Source: Nostoc sp. PCC 7120 = FACHB-418
Lineage (GTDB): Bacteria; Cyanobacteriota; Cyanobacteriia; Cyanobacteriales; Nostocaceae
NCBI RefSeq assembly: GCF_000009705.1
Contig: NC_003272.1
Location: 1-32,000, forward strand
Reading direction: 5' to 3'
DNA length: 32,000 nucleotides
Shown: piece by piece, positions 1-10,129 of the stretch
Layout of the letters: each line of letters opens with the position of its first letter
Numbering within the stretch: the stretch's first letter is position 1
The notes under the pieces: generated by a model
Databases searched by the model: none
What the model saw: the letters and a program-made list of their open reading frames with translations, nothing else
Told to the model about the DNA's origin: nothing
Made by a program: the position numbers and the translations under genes

Positions 1-918
1 CCTAGGCGAACCTTTAGCAGTAGCGACAAAAGCTAAATCACCCCTAAGCCCTTCTCCCTCGATAACTTCAAGTCCTCCTGATGTTGTAGTCTCAGTTAAA
101 ACTTCCCCATAAGGTGTTACTCCCTCTTGAATCAAAGCTCCTGTCTCTTGAGCTACTCGCCCATACAAACCGCCATTTTTTAACGGGAAAGTATATGGAT
201 AAGAGAGTATCCTCAAACTTATCTCTTGAGTTTCTTTATTGTTTCCTGAACGTAAGGCATTTAACCCTCTTTCAATGTTATCGACATAAAATTGCGTCAT
301 TTTGGAGTCTAGTCCTAGCTGACCAATTTGTTGCTTTAAGTCAGGTATTTTTGATGCTTCCTGTAAAAGAGTGTTGACGTAGCTAATCTTCAAGTTTATG
401 AATCCACTACGAGGATCAGATCCTGGAAGAGGTGATAATGGGAAGTTTTTAGTGACATCTCTTAAACCTGCGACGGGATTAGAACTCAGCCTAGAACCAG
501 AACTATATTGAACAGAATCTAAAATTTCTCTATCAAATTTTCTCCAGACAGAGGCGTATGGGTTGGGATTGTAACCGTAAAAACTAGAAAACTTGCGATA
601 GTTATCTTCCCCACCAGCTGCTCGCATTAACATCTGTTGATAGGTAGGGCCGCCATTAGACTGAATGACTTGCTCAAGAATCGTCCCAGTTTTGTTGCAG
701 CCTAAAGCAAATCCTACGGAGCATTCGGGAATGACTCTTATCCGATGCAGACCTTTACCATCATTCTGTAGCTGATACTGGAGTAGCTGACGCTCTTGTC
801 CAGGTGGAATCTTTGCACCGACATTTAAACTTCCTTTGCCTGCATTTGCGTTCTCACATACAGTTAATACTGCTGCCAAAGATGACAACAATATGACAAT
901 ATTTCTAACGAATTTCAT
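1..918 (-). CDS. Hypothetical secreted protein, C-terminus cut by the window edge
   Basis: Absent from the ORF track because it runs off the window. The minus-strand frame from the ATG at 918-916 is open for all 306 codons down to position 1 (checked triplet by triplet; no tta/cta/tca in plus frame 1). The N-terminus MKFVRNIVILLSSLAAVLTVCENANAGKG looks like a Sec signal peptide. No family recognised. Confidence 0.55.
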   Translation of the reverse strand, partial: MKFVRNIVILLSSLAAVLTVCENANAGKGSLNVGAKIPPGQERQLLQYQLQNDGKGLHRIRVIPECSVGFALGCNKTGTILEQVIQSNGGPTYQQMLMRAAGGEDNYRKFSSFYGYNPNPYASVWRKFDREILDSVQYSSGSRLSSNPVAGLRDVTKNFPLSPLPGSDPRSGFINLKISYVNTLLQEASKIPDLKQQIGQLGLDSKMTQFYVDNIERGLNALRSGNNKETQEISLRILSYPYTFPLKNGGLYGRVAQETGALIQEGVTPYGEVLTETTTSGGLEVIEGEGLRGDLAFVATAKGSPR

Positions 919-980
919 ATATGCTTGGTAAACAACACAAAACTAACTAAGTACAACAACCACCTTTGAGAGGTGAGTAT

Positions 981-1670
981 TTATTGATTGGGTTTTACAG
1001 TTCCTTGCGGAGATACTGGCAATATATTTTTGAGGGAGCCAGAACTCACACTCTTAGGCACTTGAATATTCAGGGTAATAGCAGTGCCTTGGAGTTCTCC
1101 AGTAGTGAGTTTGTGATAGATAACTAACGCACGATTGGGCTGGTCGAAGACAAAACCACGACGAGACGGTTGTATTTTTCCTTCCGCTACTAGCTCAATA
1201 AAGGCCTCTAGATATCTACGTATACTTTGACGATTGTCTGCCTCAATATTTGTATGGTTTGCAATGAGAGTCATAAAGAAATCTAGACTCCGGCTATCTT
1301 GTTCAGCAGTGAGAGTACCACCATCCAAAAAAGAACTACCAATGAGCTTGCCGTTAACTTCTTGAACTTTAAATAAGGTATAGTAACGCCCTTCTTTTTT
1401 GGAGTCATTCACATAGCATACCCAAGACCCGTCTTCACTTTGTGTAAAGCCTTGAGCAGCAAGATAGGACAGCGCAGAATCATTACCTCTTTTTTGTCCA
1501 GGTAATGGAGGTAGCAAATTTTCGACTGGATCTGAAGTGCAAATTTTCTGTGCAGCTTGTGGCTGAGGGGATGCTGGAGTGTCTTGTGCAACTACAACAT
1601 TAGGAACCGACACGAAAGCTAATGCCGACAAGGTAAGTAATTGAGTCAAAAAAATAATGGGTTTCATCAT
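981..1670 (-). CDS. Hypothetical secreted protein
   Basis: ORF track gives 981..1718. The more likely start is the ATGATG at 1670, because MMKPIIFLTQLLTLSALAFVSVPNVVVAQD is a typical signal peptide. No recognisable family. Confidence 0.6.
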   Translation of the reverse strand: MMKPIIFLTQLLTLSALAFVSVPNVVVAQDTPASPQPQAAQKICTSDPVENLLPPLPGQKRGNDSALSYLAAQGFTQSEDGSWVCYVNDSKKEGRYYTLFKVQEVNGKLIGSSFLDGGTLTAEQDSRSLDFFMTLIANHTNIEADNRQSIRRYLEAFIELVAEGKIQPSRRGFVFDQPNRALVIYHKLTTGELQGTAITLNIQVPKSVSSGSLKNILPVSPQGTVKPNQ

Positions 1671-2807
1671 TTTTATTTCCTTATTTGAAATATTTATGGA
1701 CTGATTTGTAAACAACATGAAAATTTTATAGGTCTGCTACAAAGGAAGTTAAATTTATTTGATTTACTCGCTATCAACCATTAGGTAGATTTACTATATG
1801 TAAATTATTTATGTATTATTCCGGATATCGCTACTTTATATAGATAAATCTAGAAGGTAATAGAGATGAATCTTGATTATTGAGATTAAATATTTCTCCT
1901 TTTATAGACAGCTTTTAACGCCAAAGTCATACAGCCATGACTTTGTGAATTTTTGGAAAAACTGAGCTTATACTTAAGTTTTTGCTATTAATTTGGAGAA
2001 TTTGCTACATTTATCTAGATTTTGAATCCCTCCCTAATATTTCCTAGAACCATTTACAGTATTGAGCTTTTTCGTGGGGGCTAATAGAGTTTTTTAGCCA
2101 TGATACAGACTATAAACTACATAAATGTAACTTATGATACTTTCGCACCTGATTTAGCTTGTTGCAGTTATAACAAGCTTTTAAGCTTTACAATAAGTAT
2201 GTAACATTTTTTAAAAGGTTACTTGGGTATCAAAGAAACTAATTCAGAATCATACCCTAATTTATGGAATCTTAACTCCGTGTTCCGCCAATTAATGAGA
2301 TTGTTGAGAAATACTAGGAGCATTTGCAGTTTATCTGAAACATTTTTTTGTTGTTGTAGGTAATATCTCTACGTCACTTGGTTTTAACATTTTCAGGCTA
2401 GATCAAAACATTGATTTTCTATGTGTGCAGTAATTCTACCATCAGAAAGTGAGAACCTAAGAGTAGCATATACAACTTTAAAAATTGCACACTAAATAAC
2501 TTTATTCCTTTAAATAACGCAGATACAAGTGCAAATCAACGTTGCTATATTTATAGTGATAAGTATATACTTATATAATTATGTAGAATTATGAAAAAAC
2601 GTTAAAGTAATAAGTATTAAGGATAAAGAACTAGCCGGGGTTGCTGGTAGGTAATACTGGTTAAAAATACCCTACGGGTAGGATTACGGCTGCCTAGCAT
2701 TCGTGTATCGTTCCGCAAAACTACACCAACAAAATTTGGCATCGGTATAAGTGCAGCTACAGGGGTTAAAGTAACCATCATTTTTTCCAGAGGAAATGTA
2801 TCCATAA

Positions 2808-2837
2808 ATCAAAAAGTCCACCTCGTAGGAAGTGGAC
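2808..2837 (-). terminator. Rho-independent terminator downstream of ssrA
   Basis: The minus strand reads GTCCAC-TTCCTACGAG-GTGGAC followed by TTTTTGATTT, about 24 nt after the tmRNA 3-prime end. Confidence 0.7.
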
Positions 2838-2860
2838 TTGTTAACTATATTTACTGTTAG

Positions 2861-3247
2861 TGGATCCGAGCAGAGTCGAACTGCTGTCCAAATTGGGTAT
2901 TGACCCCCCGCTCATTCACAGGTTTAGCCTTTCTGACCCTCAAGGCGGGAATCGTTCATTATCCCGAACGTAGGATGCTCTGATTAAATCTTAGCTAGCA
3001 AGCCAACCAGAGAACACTTGCTAGAGCATCCGTTGGGGGTTGGTCTTCAGTCCTTAACGGAGTCAAACCGAAGACGCTCGAACCTGAAAGAGGCTATTTA
3101 GGCAGCTACTAGAGCGTCCTTACGAGCAAATTTAACGATGTTATTCGCATTTACTTTTGTTTTGAGCCTTGATTTGCGAGAGGAGACTCACTCTCGACCT
3201 GAATCACAGAGTAGCGTTCGCCAACCTGTCGAAACCGTTACGGACCC
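2861..3247 (-). ncRNA. ssrA: tmRNA (transfer-messenger RNA)
   Basis: The minus strand starts GGGUCCGUAACGGUUUCGACAGG and ends GUUCGACUCUGCUCGGAUCCA. The acceptor stem GGGUCCG/CGGAUCC contains the G3-U alanine identity pair, and a T-arm is present. The internal tag ORF at 3148..3098 reads GCG AAT AAC ATC GTT AAA TTT GCT CGT AAG GAC GCT CTA GTA GCT GCC TAA, giving ANNIVKFARKDALVAA. The terminal CCA is not fully encoded (the genome has CTA). A TATAAT-like -10 box lies at 3270-3265. Confidence 0.95.
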
Positions 3248-3339
3248 ATGATCTTTATATTCTCATTATAGTACGGGATTTTTAATTCGTAGTTCGTCAT
3301 TCGTAATTTGTAATCATAGGATGGTTAACGGGAACACCT

Positions 3340-3393
3340 AAAAATTAAAAATAGCTAATTGCCAAGTTGAAAGTGACTAGCAATTAGCTATTT
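3340..3393 (-). terminator. Rho-independent terminator at the end of the atp operon
   Basis: Perfect 14-bp stem AAATAGCTAATTGC (3349-3362) / GCAATTAGCTATTT (3380-3393). On the minus strand it is followed by TTAATTTTT, directly after the atpC stop codon. Confidence 0.8.
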
Positions 3394-3417
3394 GTCATGT
3401 CTAGCAATTGGCTTTTC

Positions 3418-4365
3418 CTAAGTCAACGCTTCTGCACCACCAACAACCTCAAGAAGTTCTTGGGTAATGGCGGCTTGACGGGCTTTGTTGTAGGACAGTG
3501 AAAGAGACTTGATTAATTCACCAGCGTTTTCACTAGCGTTGCTCATTGCTGTCATCCGCGCGGCTAATTCACTAGCGGCTGACTCTTGCAGCGCCCGTAA
3601 TAGCTGGTTGCTTAAATACAAGGGCAATAGTGAATCAAGAATCTGTACTGGGTCTTGTTCAAAAATCATGTCGCGGGGCAAAGGGCGAGCTTGGCTGGTC
3701 ACTGTTTGCCGTTCCACTTGGAATTGACCGCCACGAGTTGTCAGACGGAATATTTCGTCATCGGCTGCTTCTAAACCTTGAGTGTCAAGGGGTAGCAAGG
3801 TTTGGATGACGGGACGAGAGCTAACCAAGGAGACGAAGCGGGTGTAAACTAACTCGATGCGGTCTACTTTTTCTGAGAGGAATAAAGAGAGCAATTCGTC
3901 AGCAATTTTATTAGCTTCATCGGCGGTGGGGATTTGCTCTAAGCCAGTATAACTAGCATCGATGGGTTGCTCACGCCGTCTAAAATATTGTTCAGCTTTC
4001 CGCCCAACAATAACAAATGTGTAATCTAGACCTTCTGCCTTGAGTTCCTTGGCGCGGTTTTCGGCACGACGGATGACGTTGGTATTGTAACCGCCGCACA
4101 AACCACGATCGCCAGAAATAACTAGCAAGCCTACTGATTTAACTTCCCGTTTTTTCAGTAGAGGTAAGTCTACATCTTCAAACCGTAGACGAGTTTGCAA
4201 ACCGTATAATACTTGTGCCAAACGGTCAGCAAAAGGACGAGTAGCGATTACTTGTTCTTGGGCGCGACGTACACGCGCCGCCGCTACCAGCCGCATGGCT
4301 TCTGTGATTTTCTTGGTGTTTTTGACCGACTGAATGCGATCGCGTATTGATTTGAGATTAGGCAT
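3418..4365 (-). CDS. atpC: F1 ATP synthase gamma subunit
   Basis: 315 aa. [36 protein letters not shown] and the C-terminal [15 protein letters not shown] are canonical gamma-subunit sequence. It is the last gene of the cyanobacterial atp1 operon. Confidence 0.97.
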   Translation of the reverse strand: MPNLKSIRDRIQSVKNTKKITEAMRLVAAARVRRAQEQVIATRPFADRLAQVLYGLQTRLRFEDVDLPLLKKREVKSVGLLVISGDRGLCGGYNTNVIRRAENRAKELKAEGLDYTFVIVGRKAEQYFRRREQPIDASYTGLEQIPTADEANKIADELLSLFLSEKVDRIELVYTRFVSLVSSRPVIQTLLPLDTQGLEAADDEIFRLTTRGGQFQVERQTVTSQARPLPRDMIFEQDPVQILDSLLPLYLSNQLLRALQESAASELAARMTAMSNASENAGELIKSLSLSYNKARQAAITQELLEVVGGAEALT

Positions 4366-4377
4366 AATATTTGTTGA

Positions 4378-4452
4378 TTGTCAGTTGTCAGTTGTCAGTT
4401 GTCAGTTGTCAGTGTCTATTGCTACTGACCACTGACCAATGACTAATGACTA
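4378..4452. repeat. STRR-type heptamer arrays forming an inverted pair
   Basis: TTGTCAG x5 (4378-4412), then ACTGACC x2 and AATGACT x2 (4424-4451). The two arrays are about 17/20 reverse-complementary, so the atpA-atpC spacer RNA can fold into a long hairpin. Confidence 0.85.
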
Positions 4453-4453
4453 A

Positions 4454-5974
4454 TTACGCTGTAGCTTTGAAGGTCTTTTTGTAGTCTTCTAAAGCTGCCT
4501 TCAATGCTTTTTCTTCATCATCACCCAGTGCTTTCTTCGATTGTACGTCTTGGAAGTAGGGGTTAACGCCGGACTTCAAGTAATCTCTCAAGCCTTTGGT
4601 GAAGGTGGTGACTTTATCAACAGGGATATCATCTAAGTAACCGTTGATACCTGCGTACAGAATGGCTACTTGTTCAGCTACGGATAGAGGCTGATTTTGG
4701 GACTGTTTGAGGAGTTCCCGCAGGCGTTGACCTCTTGCCAATTGGTCTTGGGTGGCTTTATCTAGGTCGGAAGCAAATTGCGCGAAGGCTTGGAGGTCGT
4801 CAAACTGTGCTAGTTCGAGCTTAATCTTACCAGCAACTTTTTTCATCGCTTTGGTTTGTGCCGCAGAACCCACACGGGATACAGAGATACCAGGGTTTAC
4901 AGCCGGACGAATACCAGCGTTAAATAAGTCAGAAGATAAGAATATCTGACCGTCTGTAATAGAAATTACGTTGGTAGGAATGTAGGCAGAAACGTCACCA
5001 GCTTGGGTTTCGATGATTGGTAGCGCGGTCATGCTACCTTTACCGAGTTCATCACTGAGTTTTGCTGCTCTTTCCAACAAACGAGAGTGAATGTAGAATA
5101 CGTCTCCAGGGTAAGCTTCCCGTCCTGGTGGACGACGTAACAGCAAGGACATTTGGCGATAAGCTTGAGCTTGCTTAGATAAGTCGTCGTAAATTACCAA
5201 GGTAGCTTTGCCTTTGTACATGAAGTACTCAGCAATAGTAGCGCCTGTGTAGGGAGCCAGGAATTGTAGGGTAGCAGGTTCACTGGCACCAGCAGCAACT
5301 ACTACTGTGTAATCCATTGCACCTTTTTCTTGCAGAGTTTGGACTACGTTAGCAACGGTAGAAGCTTTTTGACCAATGGCAACGTAAACGCAAACTACAT
5401 CTTCACCTTTTTGGTTAATGATGGTGTCGATAGCGATCGCAGTTTTACCTGTTTGACGGTCACCAATGATTAATTCCCGTTGACCACGGCCAATAGGAAT
5501 CATGGAGTCAATCGCAGTGATACCGGTTTGCATCGGTTCGTGTACGGAACGACGAGCGATGATACCAGGCGCAGGAGATTCAATCAAGCGGCTTTCGCTG
5601 GCTTTGATGTCGCCTTTACCGTCAATAGCACGACCCAAAGCATCGACAACGCGGCCAATTAAGGCTTCACCGACACCGATTTGAGCAATTCTGCCAGTAG
5701 CAGTAACGGTGCTACCTTCTTGAATTTCCCGGCCTTCACCCATCAGTACCGCACCAACGTTATCTTCTTCTAAGTTTTGGGCGATACCAACTGTGCCGTC
5801 TTCAAATTCCAAAAGTTCCCCAGCCATAGCCTTTTCTAGACCATAGATCCGGGCGATACCGTCACCTACTTGTAGTACAGTACCGACGTTAGCAACTTTG
5901 ACTTCTTGGTCGTATTGCTCGATTTGCTGCTGAATAATACTGCTGATTTCGTCAGGTCTAATTGAAATGCTCAT
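4454..5974 (-). CDS. atpA: F1 ATP synthase alpha subunit
   Basis: The ORF track runs 4454..6043. The conserved N-terminus [21 protein letters not shown] begins at codon 24, which places the ATG at 5974. Walker A GDRQTGKT is present. Unmistakable alpha-subunit sequence. Confidence 0.97.
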   Translation of the reverse strand: MSISIRPDEISSIIQQQIEQYDQEVKVANVGTVLQVGDGIARIYGLEKAMAGELLEFEDGTVGIAQNLEEDNVGAVLMGEGREIQEGSTVTATGRIAQIGVGEALIGRVVDALGRAIDGKGDIKASESRLIESPAPGIIARRSVHEPMQTGITAIDSMIPIGRGQRELIIGDRQTGKTAIAIDTIINQKGEDVVCVYVAIGQKASTVANVVQTLQEKGAMDYTVVVAAGASEPATLQFLAPYTGATIAEYFMYKGKATLVIYDDLSKQAQAYRQMSLLLRRPPGREAYPGDVFYIHSRLLERAAKLSDELGKGSMTALPIIETQAGDVSAYIPTNVISITDGQIFLSSDLFNAGIRPAVNPGISVSRVGSAAQTKAMKKVAGKIKLELAQFDDLQAFAQFASDLDKATQDQLARGQRLRELLKQSQNQPLSVAEQVAILYAGINGYLDDIPVDKVTTFTKGLRDYLKSGVNPYFQDVQSKKALGDDEEKALKAALEDYKKTFKATA

Positions 5975-6137
5975 GTGTGTATCTTTTTTTCTTGCGAGAC
6001 GGAAGATATTTAATAGACGCGAGAAACAATATCGCGTCTGCATTTAGTTTGAGGTGTTAAGAGTTAACCACAAATCACAAACAATTTTAATTGTCAAGTG
6101 CCTGATGTGAAACCGCTAACTTTAACCTCTGAACTTT

Positions 6138-6689
6138 CTAGCTATTGCTTAAGCGCAAGGAGAGGCGACGCAACTGACCCCGGATACTAGAGTCAATTAC
6201 CTGAGAGCCTACTTTAATGATCACACCACCAATCAGGTCACTGTCTACCTTGGTTGCCAGTTCCACTTGACGAGCTTTGGTGAGTGCCAATACCTTTTCT
6301 GTAACTGCTTGCTGTTGATCTTCTGTTAAAGCCACAGCAGAAGTAACTTCCGCTAATACGGTTTGATTCAGTTGCCGTAAGAGAGCCAAATACTGCTGTA
6401 AAATCTCTGGCAAGAAGAAAATGCGTCGTTTATCTACCAACAACAGTAAGAAGTTACGTAGGTAAGGGCTAGCTTCACTCAATATTTGTTTGATGAGAGC
6501 TTTTTTGTTCTCAGCTGCAATAAAGGGGTTATCGATGAAGTTGCGTAGCTGTTGATTTTCTGTCAGCAGGTTCAGCAAAGTACGCGCATCTGTGCCGAAC
6601 TCTTCCGTCAAGCTTTTCGATTTGGCGATTGACAACAGTGCCTGAGCGTAAGGTTGAGCTACCTCAGTGTTTGCTACTTTACTTGTCAT
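6138..6689 (-). CDS. atpD: F1 ATP synthase delta (OSCP) subunit
   Basis: 183 aa lying between atpF and atpA. OSCP-like C-terminus [20 protein letters not shown]. Its start overlaps the atpF stop by 4 bp (ATGA). Confidence 0.9.
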
Positions 6690-7249
6690 ACTCCGCCTCC
6701 CAATTGTGCGATGCTACGGTCAATTAGAGTTTTTTGAGCATCTTCACTAATGCCACCTTGCAGTTCTGATTCGACCTTTTGCAATGCCAAAGCAACTACT
6801 CGCTGCCGCAACTGAGCGATCGCTCTATCTAGTTCTGCATTCAAGTCTGCTGCCCCTGCTTCTTGTAAGCGTTCAATATCTACAGCAGCTTGGGCAATGA
6901 TGGCTTGACCTGCGGTTTGAGCATTGTCTTGGGCTGATTTTTTGATTCTCTCAGCTTCTGCTTGTGCTTGCTCTAGTTTTTGTTGCGCCTCTTTCAGTTG
7001 CTTGGCTGCATCTGCGGCACGTTGTTCTGCATTCTTAATTGCTGTTTCAATGTTTTCGCGGCGAGTTTTCAGGGTATTACCCAAAACCTTCCGTCCAAAG
7101 ACAAACAGCACAGTAATAATAATGGCCAGGTTAATCAGGTTGGTGTCGAGAATATTGGTATTTAAACCAAAACCACCTTCCGCCCCACCTTCTGCCAATT
7201 CACCTCCAACGGCGCTGGCTTCCGCCATCAACAGTAAAAAAGTCCCCAT
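6686..7249 (-). CDS. atpF: F0 ATP synthase subunit b
   Basis: 187 aa with one N-terminal TM helix ([16 protein letters not shown]) followed by a long Ala/Glu/Gln-rich coiled coil. Its operon position follows the b-prime gene. Confidence 0.9.
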
Positions 7250-7313
7250 GATTTTTCATCCACAACTGCGCTGCCAAAGGTTTGTGTCATTCGCCCTTCG
7301 TCATTCTCTCTTT

Positions 7314-7348
7314 TGACTAATGACTAATGACCAATGACTAATGACTAA
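7314..7348. repeat. STRR heptamer array (TGACTAA/TGACCAA x5)
   Basis: Five exact 7-nt periods in the atpG-atpF spacer. TGACCAA is the complement of the classical STRR2 unit TTGGTCA. Confidence 0.85.
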
Positions 7349-7358
7349 ATTTATTGAG

Positions 7359-7850
7359 TTAGCGCTGCTTTACTAGATCGGCTCCCAAAAGCTTTTCTAA
7401 GATTTGGCGACTTAGGGCATCTACTTGTTGCTCTAAGGAAGCCAGAGCCTGCTGTTTTTGCTGCTCAATTTCACCGGCCGCTTGTTCTCTTTGTGCCTGA
7501 GCTTCTTTTTGCGCTGCTGCTACTTTTTCAGCAGCAATTTTTTGGGCTTCGGCTTGAGCGTCAGCAATAATTGTTTGTGCTTGCCGTCTAGCTCCTGCTA
7601 ACTCTTGTTCGTAAGCCTCTGCCAATTTCTCAGCTTTGGACAAACGCTCTTGGGCTTCTAATTGATTGTTACGAACATATTCATTTCGCCCATCAATAGC
7701 TTTACCCAATGGCTTGTAGAGAGTGGCATTCAATATCAGAGCTAACAAGAGGAACTGGATTGCCATTAAGGGTAAGGTAGCATCTAAATCAAATAGCCCG
7801 CCTTCCTTGGCAACCTTTTCCACCGCCAATAAGGTGATCCAATGTGTCAT
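7359..7850 (-). CDS. atpG: F0 ATP synthase subunit b-prime
   Basis: 163 aa with one TM helix ([19 protein letters not shown]) plus an Ala/Gln/Glu coiled coil. It lies between atpH and atpF, as in the cyanobacterial atp1 operon. Confidence 0.9.
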   Translation of the reverse strand: MTHWITLLAVEKVAKEGGLFDLDATLPLMAIQFLLLALILNATLYKPLGKAIDGRNEYVRNNQLEAQERLSKAEKLAEAYEQELAGARRQAQTIIADAQAEAQKIAAEKVAAAQKEAQAQREQAAGEIEQQKQQALASLEQQVDALSRQILEKLLGADLVKQR

Positions 7851-7880
7851 GTTTGCTTGTTCCTATCTACTATGTTAGTC

Positions 7881-7995
7881 CTGAGTTCTGAGTTGTGAGT
7901 TGTGAGTTATAAGTTATGGGTTAAAGGCTTAAACCCTTAACTCCTAACTATTTTCACTCAACACTCAGCACTCAGCACCCAGTACTCAGTACTGA
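7881..7995. repeat. Inverted STRR heptamer arrays
   Basis: CTGAGTT/GTGAGTT-type units (7881-7922) face CACTCAG/TACTCAG-type units (7955-7995). The arrays are mutually complementary at about 6/7 per unit and fill the atpH-atpG spacer. Confidence 0.8.
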
Positions 7996-8253
<258 letters not shown>

Positions 8254-8323
8254 TTACTTTAATGAAACGAATGGTTTTGTTAGTGGTCGGTTGTCAGTTG
8301 TTACTTAACTAAATAACTAATGA

Positions 8324-9079
8324 CTAATGATGTTCCTCATGCTCTTCGCCATGATGATCTTCCATCGCTTCACCGATGTAAGCCGCAGCCAAAGTAGCAA
8401 AAATTAGTGCCTGGATAGCGCTTGTAAATAGTCCCAAAGCCATTACTGGCAAAGGTACAAATAAAGGCACTAGTAATACCAGTACGCCGACTACAAGTTC
8501 ATCAGCTAAGATGTTACCGAATAAACGGAAACTCAGGGAAAGGGGCTTAGTGAAGTCTTCAATAATTTTGAATGGCAACATGAACGATACAGGTTGCACG
8601 TAGTTACCAAAATACCCCAGTCCTTTTTTGCTGAATCCAGCGTAAAAATACGCCAAGGATGTCAACAAAGCTAATGCAACAGTTGTATTGATGTCGCTGG
8701 TTGGTGCTGTTAATTCTCCTTCAGGCAAATGAATCAGCTTGAAGGGAACTAAGGCTCCTGACCAATTTGACACAAAAATGAACAAAAACAAAGTGCCAAC
8801 GAAAGGCACCCAGGGGCGATATTCTTTTTCGCCAATCTGGTTTTTAGCCAAATCCCGAATGAATTCCAGGGCATACTCCAGTAGGTTCTGTATGCCACTA
8901 GGAATCCGTTTAACGTTACTGCTTGCAGCCACAGAAGCTAGTACTAGCACGCCAATAACAAACCAAGAGGTGAGAAACACCTGACCGTGCAGTTTTAAGT
9001 TGCCTATTTGCCAGTACAGATGTTTTCCCACTTCCAATTCGGCAAGTGGAACAGAGTAAAAGTTCAGAAAATTCAACAT
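8324..9079 (-). CDS. atpI: F0 ATP synthase subunit a
   Basis: 251 aa polytopic membrane protein. It carries the conserved [13 protein letters not shown] motif containing the essential Arg. Confidence 0.95.
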   Translation of the reverse strand: MLNFLNFYSVPLAELEVGKHLYWQIGNLKLHGQVFLTSWFVIGVLVLASVAASSNVKRIPSGIQNLLEYALEFIRDLAKNQIGEKEYRPWVPFVGTLFLFIFVSNWSGALVPFKLIHLPEGELTAPTSDINTTVALALLTSLAYFYAGFSKKGLGYFGNYVQPVSFMLPFKIIEDFTKPLSLSFRLFGNILADELVVGVLVLLVPLFVPLPVMALGLFTSAIQALIFATLAAAYIGEAMEDHHGEEHEEHH

Positions 9080-9131
9080 TTTCCTTCCATTTCAATTGCT
9101 TCTCCAATCTTACCTGGAGAAGAGGAGCCTT

Positions 9132-9635
9132 TTAAGGTTGCCGGAGCTTTGGCGAGTCAGAGATAAAAGCCACCCTAACTACATAAATGATGAGCGTCGC
9201 TTTGTAGGTGAGAAATCCCAAAAAGATGGGCATTATTTGCAATTGATTCCACCGTGATGCCAGCAAAATCAGCGCCATTAATAACGCCAACCGAGTTTTA
9301 CTCAGCGACTGTTTTTCTCTACCTAAACGCTCAACATCTTTTGCCAACATCCTCAAGTAAACCACACCTGTACACGCTCCTAATAAATAATTCAGAGCAA
9401 TGTTTAAGGAATAAAAGATCCAGACAGAGATAAATACAACCCCTGTTAAGACAAGAGTGATTAACACCAACTCTTGATAGAGTTGATAAAACTCCTGCAT
9501 GGAAGAGTTTGCTGGTTCTGCGTCCTCAAAACCAGGTTGAGTATCTTGTCGTGTTGTCGGGGTGGGTGAAATTGGTTCTTCTGACAAGCTCACGGGACTT
9601 GAAACCAGTACAGCTAACTTATTATGACTGCACAT
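9132..9635 (-). CDS. atp1: ATP synthase protein I (first gene of the atp1 operon)
   Basis: Small hydrophobic protein directly upstream of atpI. The start is ambiguous. The ORF begins at 9635, but the internal ATG at 9500 ([18 protein letters not shown]...) would give a roughly 122-aa product of the usual size. Confidence 0.75.
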
Positions 9636-9784
9636 TCAGTCAGCTGAATCATATCACGATCCGGTAACAATACTTTAGAAAAAAACAATTAACTTCTTGC
9701 CCAGGAGATACGGTTAGAGAAAAACTTACCCTCAGGATAAGCTAGATACGAGAGGCAAGATCAGGGAATGCTCCTCAACCTTGT

Positions 9785-9800
9785 TGTGTAATTAATCACA
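9785..9800. promoter_or_regulatory. CRP-family-like palindrome TGTGT-N6-TCACA upstream of the atp operon
   Basis: TGTGTAATTAATCACA matches the CRP consensus TGTGA-N6-TCACA at 9/10 positions. It sits within the 20-nt near-palindrome TTGTGTAATTAATCACACAA (9784-9803), about 150 bp upstream of the atp1 ORF start. Confidence 0.35.
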
Positions 9801-10129
9801 CAAATCCTGGTCAGAGATTGCTTTCTCTATCAGGTTTAGTTTCTAGTTCTTATTCCCCAATCTCTAATCCCTGCCTGAGAAACCGCAAGTTTTTAACTGA
9901 TTTTGGTGAATAACTATCCTCCAATATTGTTTTCAGGGGTCTAGCGATTGCCTTGATGTTCTGATGGAGTTAGGTTTTATCAAATCAGCTAGTGTTTGAG
10001 GCGGATCACACCACTGCTAAGTTTTCCAAAACCTGAACTTGTAGAGTTTGTCCCAGTATGCTGGGCAACTGCTAGACACACTTCTACTTTACATGAGATT
10101 TGCAAAAACGGGTTGTGGGCGATCGCCTA

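Noticed and set aside
114-1591. ORFs 114..377 (plus) and 1409..1591 (minus, alternative frame)
   Set aside because: They overlap the longer signal-peptide-bearing ORFs (1..918 and 981..1670), which are the more plausible genes.
1-2860. Genomic island or prophage integrated at the 3-prime end of ssrA
   Set aside because: tmRNA genes are common integration sites and the flanking DNA is AT-rich. However, there is no integrase gene and I could not find a direct repeat of the ssrA 3-prime end within the window.
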